A program made the position numbers and the translations under genes. A DNA stretch of 64,000 nt from Lingula anatina (taxonomy: Eukaryota; Animalia; Brachiopoda), in assembly GCA_051362555.1 (NCBI GenBank), contig CM120643.1:12994644-13058643 (forward strand), written 5' to 3'. The first letter of the stretch is position 1. Each line of letters starts with the position of its first letter. The notes beneath the pieces are model-generated. The model saw only the letters and a program-made list of their open reading frames with translations, had not been told where the DNA came from and ran no database searches. Shown here in pieces: positions 36,654 through 50,000 of the stretch.

Positions 36654-37560
36654 CAAGGCAGCAAAGCTGTCAATTGTACAGAAATAAATAATAATAAAAA
36701 AACGCACAAATTAGTTTGTCAATTACATGATGCTTAACTTTGCACCAAGGGTAACATGGAAATTTAGAATAAGTAACAGCAGAGGGCCTTGAGCCTTTCA
36801 GAGATAAAAGTTATACATTAAAAATGCCATTGAGTACAACTGATTAAAAAAAATGCATTACACAAAAAATAAAGACGAAAAATTCTGCTGATAGTGCACA
36901 AAATGGGGCAATCGTCAATATAAAATGTTTAACAGCAGAATTATGACAAAATATTTTAGTACTAAGCTGAGTCACGGTGTGGTGGTGATCTTTCAGGCAC
37001 TTGAATGAAAGCAATGGTAAAAGTTGTATTAGTGTATGTGAAAATTAATCACCACTTATTTTTCGTTATGTACAACAGGTATCATGGACATTCAGAAAAT
37101 GTTAATATAGCACTGAGCTTCCGTCCACGGGATTTCAAAGTCACGTATTGAACATGCCAATTTGTGAAAATAAAGTTCAGAAAAGATGCATAACTTCAAG
37201 AAAAAAATATAATCAGGCTGCCTTTCAAACTCACATAATGCTTTACAGCTTACTCACCACCAGTTTTTTTTAAATATACTTAAGGTATTGAGGATATTCA
37301 TAAACTGTTACAGCATACTGCTCATGCCCATGAGAGTTCCAAGTCCTACACTAAAAGAACCATTCTGTGGAATTTGAAAGTACACAAAAACTGCATACTT
37401 CAAGCAAAATAACTGAACTTGACCCGTATTTTATTTATATTGATCAGTTTGGTAAGTTTTAGTACAATAGGTCAAATGTTCTATAATTTTACATATAATC
37501 TCTGAAATGACACAGCAACAGCAACGGCAGTAAAGGTGAGGCGAAAGGGCATACATTTTC
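36654..37560. mobile_element. Dispersed repeat family starting AACAAGGCAGCAAAGCTGTCAA, with degenerate internal sub-repeats (possibly a Helentron-associated/HINE-like non-autonomous element)
   Basis: The same start occurs at ~22028, ~36652 and ~53389. Shared internal blocks at 36720-36830, 53550-53680 and 55440-55990. The 53389 copy ends near a palindrome GTACAGACACAGATGTGTCTGTAC (~54351-54374). Classification and right boundary are inferred. Confidence 0.45.
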
Positions 37561-37731
37561 ATTCACAATAACATGTTTTCCTTGGAATCACAATATACTC
37601 GATTCACCTTGGACAAAGTAGGCAATAACAGGTTAAATCTGAATTGAAACACTCTTAATTGTTTTGTGTTAATATTATGACCAAATTTTGCCCGCTGTAT
37701 TGATTTGAAACAGACAGACACCAGAGCTCAA

Positions 37732-40700
37732 CTAAAAGTCAGCAGGGCGGATCTTCATCTCGGTGGTCTTCAAGGAATGGTGAGTTCCTCTAAAACCATA
37801 CCAATTGACGCCATCAGCGTATGTTTCATGGTGTCCGAGGAGATACTGACCGTTCAAATTGGATGAATGGCAAGAATAATACCACCAAGCTCCCTTGAAT
37901 GTCTGCGAACAGTTCCCGTTATTATCTCTGTCTTTTGTTGCAAAAGTATACCCACGGTGAGCATGGAGGGAATCGCCTGTAAATTATTGTGACAAGCAAT
38001 AACTGCACTGTTCATGCGGTTGTGAGTAAGATTCTTTTTTTACAGGTTGTGTTTAAAGCATTAAGGAAAAAATCAAAGAATGGCTATTTTGGAGAAATTG
38101 ATGTGTTTTACGAAAATGCTTGCGACTTCTTGTCAAACTAGACCACTGCGACATTACTTTTCCATTCGGCGTAGCTTCTCGTCGGCATGCTGCCAATTAA
38201 TGTTACAGTGATTTCGTCTTAGGTTGTCTTTATTACCATATTTATACAAGCACTTATTAAAGGTACTCACCCGCGTTTCCAGAATAATTTCCCAATTTTA
38301 GCCGGTATTTTGTCGCTTCCGATGAGATCCCAAAGTGGTCGTATTGGGCGAAGGCCCAAATGCCTGCAGCGTCTTCCATGTCGACACGCAGCTCATAGTC
38401 GTCTTGGGAGGTGAGAAGATACATCTTGTTATTACCTGGAATAGGGCGACATTTAGGTAGACATTTAGGTAAACCGGTCTTCGCCTGAGACAAAGCATTT
38501 GCATGTGTTCATTCATCTTTGTGAAGTGTGTATGGTTTTGGACATTTTGGTATGTTCTGACCAATGACTTGTGTTAAAAAATAGAGTTCTTAAAGGAACT
38601 ATAGGTGAGAATATTTTAATACGTAGAGATGACAAAAATTAGGTCTAATTATAAATTATCTTACAAATTATTAGGTCTATAGAGGTAAATAGTATGGCAC
38701 CAATTTTATCGAATCTTTAAATTGGACATATTTTGGGTGCAATTAAATGCTAGTGCACAAATAAGGCTTATTAAACCTATTAGCAGTTTTCTCATTCAAA
38801 ATTTGATATACCTAGCCAATGTTCCCCGCTCAGATTTTCAAAGCCATGTTTGTAGTCATTCCAGTCTCTGTAGAAGTCCACGGAACCGTCCATGCGTTTC
38901 TGGAACAACTGAAAGGTAAAAAGAATAAAAATATTTCCGATGCGATTAATTTTCTCATGTTTTATGTGTTTAAATAGAAAGAAAAAATTAATCATAGGCC
39001 CAACTGTCCTTAAAGGTACATACGAATCGAGCATCGGTGGAGCGTGGATTCCCAGTAACACATGTAAACCACTTATACTAGTTTCATATACGACTCAAAT
39101 AAACTCGAAATGCCAAGGGATAAACTGAATAGATCACTCGATCAGCTATAAAAGAGCTTTAGACTGCTCCTTTTTTTAAATTTTTGGTTGGAAATTTAAC
39201 CTACTTTTGTGACCTACTTTTCTGCCCCATTGAAAATCAGCATAGAATGCTAACAGAAAAATCTGTTCAAACATCATTTTTGGGTAAAATTAAACAATGC
39301 CTTTTGGTAAATCTCTTATTTATACTACATGAAACTATATGCTGGCATTTGGTCCGTTTTTGTGACAAAAATTTGACTTTGTATGCATCTTTAATTAAAA
39401 CCCTTAACGTGATGACTTGACAGTTTCCGAAAAAAAAAGCCCACTAGAAAATCAAAATATATATAAAAACAATAGCAAATACAGAAATGATGATGACTTA
39501 ACGAATACATAATTAATACAAGGTTAATCAATAAAAGTTAAAATTCAAGTATTACCGTCCATCCTCCTCCATCAGTGGTCATGTCACAGAAGACTTCAAA
39601 TGAATCTGCACTGTCTGCCGGGAGAATCTGATACACTCCGTTCCTCATCACACCACTCCTGTAGAGTTGTGCACAGTCCTTTCTGCCTTCTAATAAGATA
39701 ATAAAATATTATATATAAGAAAATACAATTGTTGACTTTGGGCGAGTCGAACATAACCAAGCAGTGGTCGAGACACAGTGTTTAAAGGGATAATAACTCG
39801 ATCTTCGTATGATGTCTATATTTCACAACAAAAACATTGTAAACATCTCATAGAAATATAATATATTCTATTTTACCACAAAAACAGCAGTTATAGCTAT
39901 TATTCCGATATCTGAGCCTGCCATCCATAGATGGCTATATTCTGTAATAATCTCTTAAGAGATTAGTACAAAAAAAAAAAAAAAAACTTTTTAGAAAAAA
40001 ATCAGGGACTAACTTTGAATGTAGACAGGATTCATTAACCATTGTAAGTATGGAAAATTGTTGTTTACTCCAGGAAAATTCATTTTTTTGGCCAAAAGGA
40101 ACAGTTATTACCCCTTTAACTGTTTTGTTACATGATCACGAATTTTGAAAACGAGACACATCAATTGATAACTTTTAAAAGTTTATTGGTGTACTAGTAC
40201 CGGTAAAACGGAATGCATGGTATAAAGTTAAAGAAACCACACCTATCACATTGTAACATCACACGTGAAAACGACAACATAAAACAAGTCTACTACTTTA
40301 AGTATTTCGAGTTCGTCAACATTTGCGAAAATGTCCATTTTAATCAGTCTCTTAATTCATCTCTTAAACCACTTAATAGTCAAGAGTCAGACAAAATGCC
40401 GAGAACTTACCATTTGTGAACTTGGATGTTACCGATGCGTTGTTGACCCCTACGGGCTTGGTACTGGTTGACGTCAGCTTTAATGCGTAATTAACGTCAA
40501 TTTTTAGATCTGCTAGAAGTGACGTCACATTATTGCGGTAACCTGGGTCGGCCAAGGTCAGTTTGGTGACGTAGTTACTATCGTCATCACTAGCCTCCTT
40601 TATGTCTAGGGTAAAGGTTTGGTCAAAGCCGCCATCATGGCCTGCCACCCAGGTGACCAATATGGTGTAGAGCTGCGTTTGGGTAATGGATAAAATGGCC

Positions 40701-41195
40701 GGTGATTGTGGTGGACCTACAAATTAACAAATTTATGTATTAATTTTGATTTTAAGTTTAACGTTAAAACGGTTTGCCTTCAAAACGCACATCCTTCACC
40801 CAACCACCCCTGAAAAATTGCTTTTTCTTTGAAAATTCATACTAAAATTTCCAGTTTCTGTATGTATTATACAATAAATATCTAACCTATCACATACTTG
40901 TGTCCACTGTCAAGCAAAAGTAAGCATAACAGTGTCTGTATCTTCTGCATCTTCCCTACCAAATGCCGCCATATAGTTTCAAATACTATTACTTAGACAA
41001 ATACCAAAGGATATCGTTTCATTTTTTGCCCGAAAAGTGATCTTTGAACGAAGTGATTTATTCGGTTTATCCCTTGGCATGTCGACTTAATTTGAGTCGT
41101 GTTAGTAAGGCCACACTTTTTTATTTTTATGGATGACATCCTCTGGGTACCCCAAAATCGGTGCGAGAGGGCGAAAAAAAAAAAAAAAAACAGTC

Positions 41196-41229
<34 letters not shown>

Positions 41230-43064
41230 GCTTAAGTAAAGGAATGCTGTCAGTACACAGCTGGAAACACAAATTTAACCACAGAAACACGTATCAAACT
41301 AACAATATGTCTTTATCCATGCTCTCAAAATATTAAAGCATTGTGAATACTTCGTAGAAATGTTTAAAAAATGATGAATTGATATACTTCATATTACCAA
41401 ATCTATTAAGGTTATTTCATGCATTCATTTGGTATAGCAATCAATAAAACAAATATCAATCAAACAGTGCGTCTTTATTTGTATTCTCAGAATATTAAAA
41501 CATTTTGAACACTTCACAGAAATGTTTAAAAAATGATGCAAAGATATGCTTAATACTACCAAATCTATTAAAGGTCATTTCAGACGATGCCATTTTGTCA
41601 ACTTCAACTCACACGAAGCAGCTAAACTGTCAGGTGGCCTGTCCGACCTTCAGCCCACCAAATACCTCGACGCCCTTGTCGACCCTTTTTTCGCTACAGA
41701 AAACCTGGTATTAATGTGCTGCTTTATACAGAATTTCACAGAAATGTTTCGGCCGCCGCCAGCCTTTCGCACAATTGTAAAAAGGTGATATCTCCATGCC
41801 CAATATCAATGGCATACCAATCCAAAACGATGGCGCCCGTTCTCTTGATGACTTTTATTGTTGTGTAATTTGAAAGTAACCCAGAGATGAATTTGACAGC
41901 AAAGTGGCCGCATTTCCACGTGGCGAAAATACGCATACGCAGAAAGCTCATTTCCTTGCAAATTCAATAACAACGTTTGCGACAACCGACTTCGTTGGGT
42001 GCTGGGGGGGGGGGGGGGGGGGGGGGGCTTTTTTTTTTTTTTTTTTTTTGGAGAACGGGCGAAAATCCGTGCGCGCGCAGGATGTCATCCATAAAATTAA
42101 AAAAGTGTGGCCTAACTAGTAGAAGCGGTTTATAAATATGCGTTACTGGGAATGCACGCTCGGTTGAAATGTATGTCTGATTTAAAATTCCCCTAAAAAT
42201 GGTTACACTCTCCTGGACATTTGCTTTTAACACCATGTAAAGCTAGACTTGTTACAAACGGTGAAGATTCTTATAAAGGTGCTGCACCAAAGGAATGGAA
42301 TTTACTTCCACATTTACTACACAGGATAGCCCATCTGGACAGTTTTAAAAGGGAGTTCAAGACATCTTTTTATGAATACATTTTTTATTTATAACTTTTT
42401 AAAGGGATTTGATGAATTAACCCCTATTATTCTATATTATTTAAATCGATTTGTTTAAAACAATTTTTTCTTTTCTTTTACTAGGCTTTCATAAATTCTT
42501 TATTCACATTGCATTGTAAAGTCTACCGAACAGATTGGATTTCAGACTCTTAATAATAATAATGATAATAATAATAATGTTTCGACGGCTTGTTAAAAAT
42601 AATTTTTCAGAAAGACCTTTTGATCTGGATAATATTGAAAACTAAAGAGATAATTGAATATAACCAGTAAATAAGTAAAGATATGGATCTACTTATATAA
42701 AAAGGAATTATCACTTTGTCGACTTACCTAGATTTGGGTTTAGATAAACCCAGCCACTGTCAGCAACAGGAACAGTCCGATCGTCATCGTGGATCGTCTT
42801 GTCATTCATTTCACAAATACTACTCTCCTTATGGTAGTTTGCAGAGAGGCACTTCGCAAGTCCTAGGTTTAGACAGACGAAGGCGCAATGTGATTTTGAT
42901 TCTACGTGATAAGCTGCCGGCGGCGCACCACTGAAAGAGCCGTTGGCCAATCTGAAACCATCTTCTTTTTGAAAAAGCATTTCTTGTAAAGCAATGCAAG
43001 GTGCTGGGTTAATCACAGCGAAAAGAAAAAGCGTCATTGTGTCATACAGTGCCTGCAGATTCAT
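37732..43064 (-). CDS. Secreted fibrinogen-related protein: signal peptide - PAN/apple - fibronectin type III - fibrinogen C (FReD) domain, ~427 aa, 6 coding exons
   Basis: Exons 42728-43064 (hydrophobic leader plus PAN-like HCAFVC...CLSANY...CEMN), 40411-40716 (FN3: GPPQSP...[17 protein letters not shown]), 39556-39689 (KDCAQLY...[15 protein letters not shown]), 38812-38908 ([22 protein letters not shown]...EHWLG), 38271-38435, 37732-37976 ([15 protein letters not shown]...TEMKIRP). GT-AG throughout, phases consistent, no internal stops. The start could alternatively be the Met at 43037. Confidence 0.88.
39014..39390. mobile_element. TTAA-flanked non-autonomous DNA transposon, family B (Kolobok-like)
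   Basis: TTAA|AGGTACATAC...GTATGCATCT|TTAA. An inverted copy lies at 53688-54062 and a decayed, interrupted copy at ~40950-42180. Confidence 0.8.
39786..40115. mobile_element. TTAA-flanked non-autonomous DNA transposon, family C (Kolobok-like)
   Basis: TTAA|AGGGATAATAACT...AGTTATTACCCCT|TTAA. Shares a terminal region and the internal palindrome AATCTCTTAAGAGATT with 62272-62892. Confidence 0.72.
41109..42112. mobile_element. ~1-kb non-autonomous PIF/Harbinger-like element inserted into a family-B remnant
   Basis: ~34-bp TIRs GGCCACACTTTTTTTATTTTTATGGATGACATCCT / AGGATGTCATCCATAAAATTAAAAAAGTGTGGCC, TAA on both flanks, an internal ~170-bp tandem duplication (~41280-41580), no transposase ORF. 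Confidence 0.8.
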
Positions 43065-46000
43065 TTTGTGAAGTAATACAAACTGAAATGTTCTATATCG
43101 CCTAGTCAAATGCAAAGTACTAACAAGGAGTTATAACTCCTTGGTACTAATGATTTTGAAACGCGTCCACTTTCTTCTGTATCTCCGTTGATAATAGTGA
43201 CATAGATAATAAAAATTCGTGGTCATTTGAAAAAAAAAAAAACGTTTGATGATGAATTGTATCCCGGTGAAATGCATTAATAATTTCTGATCGGATAGTA
43301 ATGGCGTGACTAAAAGCAATGTGTACAGACACCGATGAAGGTAATTAAATATATAAAAATTTCATATCTCTGTTGTAGTAATTATTTGTAAATGTCATTA
43401 GAGTGGCAAACTGAAATTTGCCAACAAGACAGCAGAATTTTTGATGTTTATGTGTACCTTAAAATTTAACCCATGTTCTACCACTACTTTTCGACCACTA
43501 CTGTCTCCATTTGCGTATTTAGAACTACCCTCGACCAAAAAAGTTACGAATGGTGGGTGCATCATCCATCAATATTTGGTTAAAAAATTTACTGTATCTC
43601 ATATGGTTATTTTGTAATTATTCAAAATAACGATGTTTCTGAACTTTGTGGTCGAGTGTAGACAAACTAAAGGCCCCGGAGTCCGGAGTGTGTGTGTGTG
43701 TGTATGTGTGTGTGTGTGTGGGGGGGGGGGGGGGGCAGCAAGCATGCACGATTCTGAGACACGTTTACAACTTGCTACACTTTATTAAACACGTTCATAA
43801 CGTCAAGCCCATTGTCATCAAGTGGTCTCTTTGTTCTTTGTCAAACGGCACTTTTGAAAGCATAAATGCTTTGCTGGTTTCAATACAGGCCCGTGGCTGA
43901 GTGGGGGGGGGGGGGGGGGGGGGTGTCTTTGTACACGAAGCTTTCTCGGTAAAAGGTTCACTTTTTTGGAAAAAACAAAACTCCTTTGAAATTGCTGGCT
44001 TTGAGCCTGCAATCTGGAGTTACTTTAATAAATGCACAATTGGCATGGTGTTGGCAAGGAGAGTTGGGGGGGGGGGGGGGGGGGAGGGGAGATACACACG
44101 GCGTGTTCGTACATAAAAATTGGTGTTGTACTTTAGCAAGAGCTCTATACCAGTATTTGGAATATTGACCAGAAAAACGACAAAAGACATTTAAAACATG
44201 TAATACCATTGATAATAACTTTATTAGACCAAAAGTGTCCAGGACGGGGGCCTCTGTACATTTTGTTTCATTTATAACATGCAGGCATTGAAAGATTTTC
44301 ATAATGATAAAATCACTGATAGATGCCCAATGGCAAAGACGGGAAAACATAAATATTAAACCCTTCTCTATAAAATAGTACAAACATTTAAATGATAAAG
44401 AAATCAACAAAATGTGTCAAATGCAAGGTTCGACCAGTTCAAATGAAAAATTATGGTCCAAGTTCCCTTGAAATATCTTATAGTAGTTTGTTTTTTTTTT
44501 AACTTTGAGTAAGTTTTGTGCTGATTTGCAAGCCATGATCTCCACTGTGTTCTCAGTGCATTTCTGAATTTAAAAGATATACTAAAATATAATTACATTA
44601 AAACAAATATCTGATTCACTTCTATTATCCCTTGCCCATTTTATACATAAATCAATAATATTATAACTACACTTAAATGTAAATTAAAAATCCTAATTTA
44701 TGCTTGTATCTTATTTGAGTAAACATAATTTGTATGTGCTGCCTTTATTAATAAAGTTTACATTTACATAAAATTAAATGAGAAGGAAAAAATAAAATAA
44801 AAAGACTACCACCTTGGTAAGGTCGAATAGGAGTGGATTTTAATTATAACTGAATTTATTAGTTGAACTTTTGCTTAAGGGCAGGACTTTGCAACAACCG
44901 CTTGTATCACATTAACCATTGAGTAATAGTGAAGGATGAGAACAGAGGAAGTTGATTAAATGAAAATCTGGACCCCTCCCATAATCAATTTGGACATAAT
45001 CCCATTCTAAACTGTGCATTTTTTCAGCTTCCTTTTCTCTTTAAAAAAAAAAAAAAAGAAAAAAAAGAGAAATTCACATCCATGAACTGTGAGTAATGTC
45101 TGGGCATTAACGAATGTCCCCTGTTAACAATACCATATGTCATTAAAATGAATAAATAAAATAACAGTTTGTGACATTCTTTACAATAGTGTAAAGTGTA
45201 TCTCATGACATGCTAAATAATTCACTGCAAGTTTTTTTTTCACTGTTTATATTGGGGATTACCCATTCCCTTAGAAAAAAAGATGGGAAGAATGAACCCA
45301 AATGAATTGATACGGTCTTGACATAAACATAAAAATACTGAGTGGACTACGTATTGATCAATATTACTTCATGATTGTATATTAACCCCTCGATTGTACT
45401 AACAACTGACAAAATGGACAGAAAATGCCTCCCTCACCAAATATCCCAATTTCCACCACTATAAATGAATGAAATCTAATGCTAACATTTCACATTGCTC
45501 TGGTAATGGCATATCATGATTTAAAATTTTTCTAAAACATTTGACATTAAGTCTCTCCCTTATCAACTGTAATTCTGTGTTTTTATGCAAACAAGAACAA
45601 GAGGATAAATCTGTTCATAATCACTTTCATGTAACAATTAATAATTCGTGAAATTATCATCAATTCTTTACTCGCTATTTTACAGGCATGAGGACTGACA
45701 CTTAACGCAAGTTTCACATTTGCTTTGATGACCTCAGTTTCCTGCATGAATAGTCTGCAAGTTATTGCACCAAATCTATCTAAAATATTCCATAAATAAT
45801 ACTGTTAAATACTTCTTGAAACTCTAACACTGAGGTGCCTTATTTGGCGAACTGACACGTGTTGGACTAGTCCCATATGTTTACTACACGAAGTGTAAAA
45901 CCAGTGTCACTGGTACTAAAACATACTTCGTAATTGCCCCTGGGTTTATTTGAAAATAAATAAATACACTGTCGTGACGTAAACTTATCTTTATCTTAAA

Positions 46001-47017
46001 AAGAAATTTTATCTAAAAATCCGCTGCAAATTTACCACTGACAAACTACTCGAAGTGAAAAAAAAATGAAAAAATAAATCACTACACATAAATTTGGTGG
46101 GAACTCGAAGCATATCATTATTTGTGTAGCAAATTATTGCTAAACACCATCTGTATCAATGACCTATATTATCATGACACTGCAAAACAACAATCTAAAC
46201 CAGCTAAAAATTAAGTGATGACCATATTTGGACTGTTGCTTTCAGCTAGTTACCATAGCAACCAGCCAGGTAAGCCCAACAACCAGTCTCTCTGCAAGTG
46301 AGATAATCATGAAAACTGACCATCACTTTGTCTACTATTTACAAGTTTTTTATTTGCATCACTGTGCAGCTGAGTTTGGCTTGGCGGTTTCCAGTGTTGT
46401 AACCATGGTAACCATTTCAGCAGGATCCCCACAAACTTTGGCAATGATTCTACAAAGATATTTTATTTTCTTTGCAGCAAATGGCATACATAATCTTTTT
46501 CTCTCATCTACTGTAAAATTCATATGTATACATAATTATATTAAAACAGTTCCTCTGACAGCAAAATAATGTTTGCAGAAAGACTACAAACTACATACAT
46601 TTTATGTACCACTTATGTACCACTTTCACAATTGTAACATATATGGTATGACCGAGTTGTACAAGACTAGATAGTCTGCATTAAAACCTATAGGCTTTTA
46701 GAAATTCTTCATAATCAGGGTCCTATTTTGTTTTAAAATAAGCCCTTCTTTGGATGTTGTTTGCCGATTTTCAACCACAGTCCCTTTAATAAACAGTTTC
46801 AGCACTAAGGTGTGGTTGAAACTGACCTTGACCTTAGTATGACCTTGACCCCCATCACATAATAGACTGATATTGTGATAAAGTGTCGACTGAGACAAGA
46901 TTTCTTCAAAGAAAATATTCATTTCTTTTCACTAGTCTACTAAGAGTATAGAAAACAAGGATTGCCATAACTACAGCCATGTTGCTCGGTGACTGTTGCC
47001 AGGGTTACACCACCAGG

Positions 47018-50000
47018 TTATGCCACCAGGCCCAGTCTACTGACTTTTGAAGACAAGAATGTGTGAAGGATAAAAACCAAAGGTTTGGGACAGCTCTGTA
47101 GATCCAGCTCCTGAAGAACAAAATTAACTATTTTTATCTGATTACACTTTATTTTGTACCATGTCAGATCAGAAAAACAGAAGATCTAGTCGTGGTGTAG
47201 CTTGCACACACACATGTCACACACAAGTACATGTTCCACAAAGTATAAACCACATACACAACTTGTAAGTAAGGTACATCTTTTACACATTCTAAAAATA
47301 CAATCTTTACAGAATGTTTTTCAACTGATTTTTTCTTGGTTTCAAACTACGGACAGCATTATTGCCACCTTTACATTGAGAAAAAGCTTTAAAAGTGAAA
47401 AAAAGTTATTCAAAGCACCTTCACCTAAATATCTGGAAAAAAATGCAAGTCTCTAAAAAGATGAATAAAAAAAAATATATATATGCACCTGTTCACCTCC
47501 ATCTCCAAAGTCCAACCACAACAAGCGATGACCATCATCTGCGGACATGCGCAGCTTCTCAAACGGTTGATGCCACAGAAGGTTGGGTTTGTTGCTGTCG
47601 TTCTCTGTGTTGGCCGAGTATAACATGAACCCGGAGTCGTAATGCATGTTCAGCTTGCATTCCTGTCTCTGCCAAACCACGGCTGGGGAAAAAAAAAAGA
47701 AAACTGTAAATAAATAAATTTTGTTATTTGTCTTTTTTTCTGATTACAAGCAAAAAGAACCAGTTTGGTTCTTGGTGGTCCTGGACAGGTGGTGCTGTAA
47801 TTAAAACAGTCTATTTTACCTGGAAGATACTGGTAGACCTTGTTTGTGCATGTATGAATGCACGCGAGTGAGTTTACAATAAAACTATGAGAAAGGGGGA
47901 GTAGGGTGGATGGAAAAAGGGCATAGAAAAACGGTGAATTATCAAATGAGGGAAAGAGATCATGATTAGTCATTAGTGTGTGTGTGTGTGTGTGTACCAG
48001 ACAGAGAATGAAAGAGAGAGAAGAAATGGGAGTGACTGAAAGCATTCAAATGAAAGTGGAAAGGAGAGTAGAAGCATTTAGTGTGTCTGTGTGTATGAGA
48101 CAGAGAGCATATAATCAAAAGACATCAGTAAGGAGAGTGTAGAAGTACATGTAGTTAGCTGTTCTCCCTTTATCAAGCATCACAGAGTAATAGTATACAC
48201 CAGAAACCTGTCAGTCTTCATCAACTGGCTTCCTCTCAGTTCAGACCTGCTGTTCACAGGTGTTCCTCAGGTAATACAGATCAATAAACATCCCTTGTGT
48301 TCTAACCCAGGCCTCTATTACCACCTTGCTGGAAGCATGCTGAGAAACACAAACAGTTTCCAAATTTCTGAAGTGATCACAGCCCTCTTGCTGTGTCTAT
48401 GAAAACTACTGGCCTTGAATTATGGTGGCAAAATGTTAGCTCCCTAACCACAAGTTTACTACTGGAGTGTTTTACAGTCTGTATCATGAACATTTCTGCT
48501 TACTGGCCATTTGGACCACCAGTTTCCTCAAATCTACTGGTCCCAATAATATATTTAAGACTGGTCATCCCCCCTACCCCCTCCATTTAAATAATATAAA
48601 TATTACAATACCTTGATTTTGTCACAAGTTTTTTTATTTTAATTTAGAATTATCATGTACCAGTTACATAACACATACATACATACAAACATACATATAT
48701 ACATACATACATACATATTTGAAAGCTCTTTTTGAAAACTTGTAGGAAAACTGTTAATGGCCATGTCACACTACAAAATCCACACATTCTGAAAAGTCTG
48801 CTGGTCTGAACAAAATGTTACTGTAGGACCACTGGCTACAGACACAGACTGCTCTCACCTTACCAAGTTTGAAAAAACATTTCACCTATCCTTCAGTACA
48901 AATATATACACCTTTTAATGAATTCTCCACTATACATAATTCATACGGGATCGATGCTAATTTCACTTTTTAATTCTATTTAATCATCCATTAATTCTTT
49001 TTTTCTATTTTTTTTGGGGGGGTGGAGGAGCAGAATTCCAGATTACATGTTCTCAGATTAAGGTCAACGTTTTGTTGGCACTGCCTTATTTTGTTTCTAC
49101 CTTCAGTCATCAATCAAGGAATAATTAAACAGAAGCGTGAGCCGAGCTGGTGCAGTAGCTGGAAAGGTTAATCACCAGTGTCCCTAGAGAAAGATTAAGT
49201 ATCCTAACAGACCTGGCTGTGGCAAAACAACTAGTCTGCCATTGCTAAGCAGACACAAGAAACATGTCTTGCAAGTCTGAAAACTTCTGGGAACCTGATA
49301 AGTAAAAAAATAAATGAAAGAACTTAACATACAGGCCTGTAGCCAGGGGGGTTCGAGGGGGGGGGTTGAAAGAATCGCCCCTTTTGCCAGGAAAAGGTTC
49401 ATTCTGGGTAAATTTTGATCTACGTACACAAAGGTTTCATTGGAAAAGGTCCAATTTTTCAGAAAAAGAACCCCCCTTTTGAAATTGTTGGCCACGGGCC
49501 CGAGATAGCTTCTATCTTATCAGTTGTCCCATCAAACAATGTGGGTGAAAGACCCATAAAAATTTTGTGTGTTCACCAAAATTTGGGAGTGCACACCAAC
49601 TCCATCGACTAAATCTAAAGCAGGCTTTAACCTTTCCTACAAATGGGATTACACTTCATTTTGTAAGTAATAGACCTCACAGAACAACTAATCAAACAAG
49701 ATTGGAAAAGATCTCCCAGTATTCCCCAGTTGTTTCAGCCCACACTGCTGTTAAAAAATAAGAATAAAGAATATGCATCGGTGGTATATATGTGGGCAGA
49801 CTGTGATGAAGAAGGCATTATGAGGAGATCAACTGGGGGAGGGGGTGGGGTGTGGGTAATTGAACTGATTGTATTATGTACCCTGGGTTCCAATTGCCCA
49901 CAAAGGTAAAACCATCTACTTATTTGTTTCTTACTTGGAAAGGTCAGTTGTGAAAATGGTTTCATTGGATCTTAGTTTTGATAGTAAGAAAGTTTTCATT

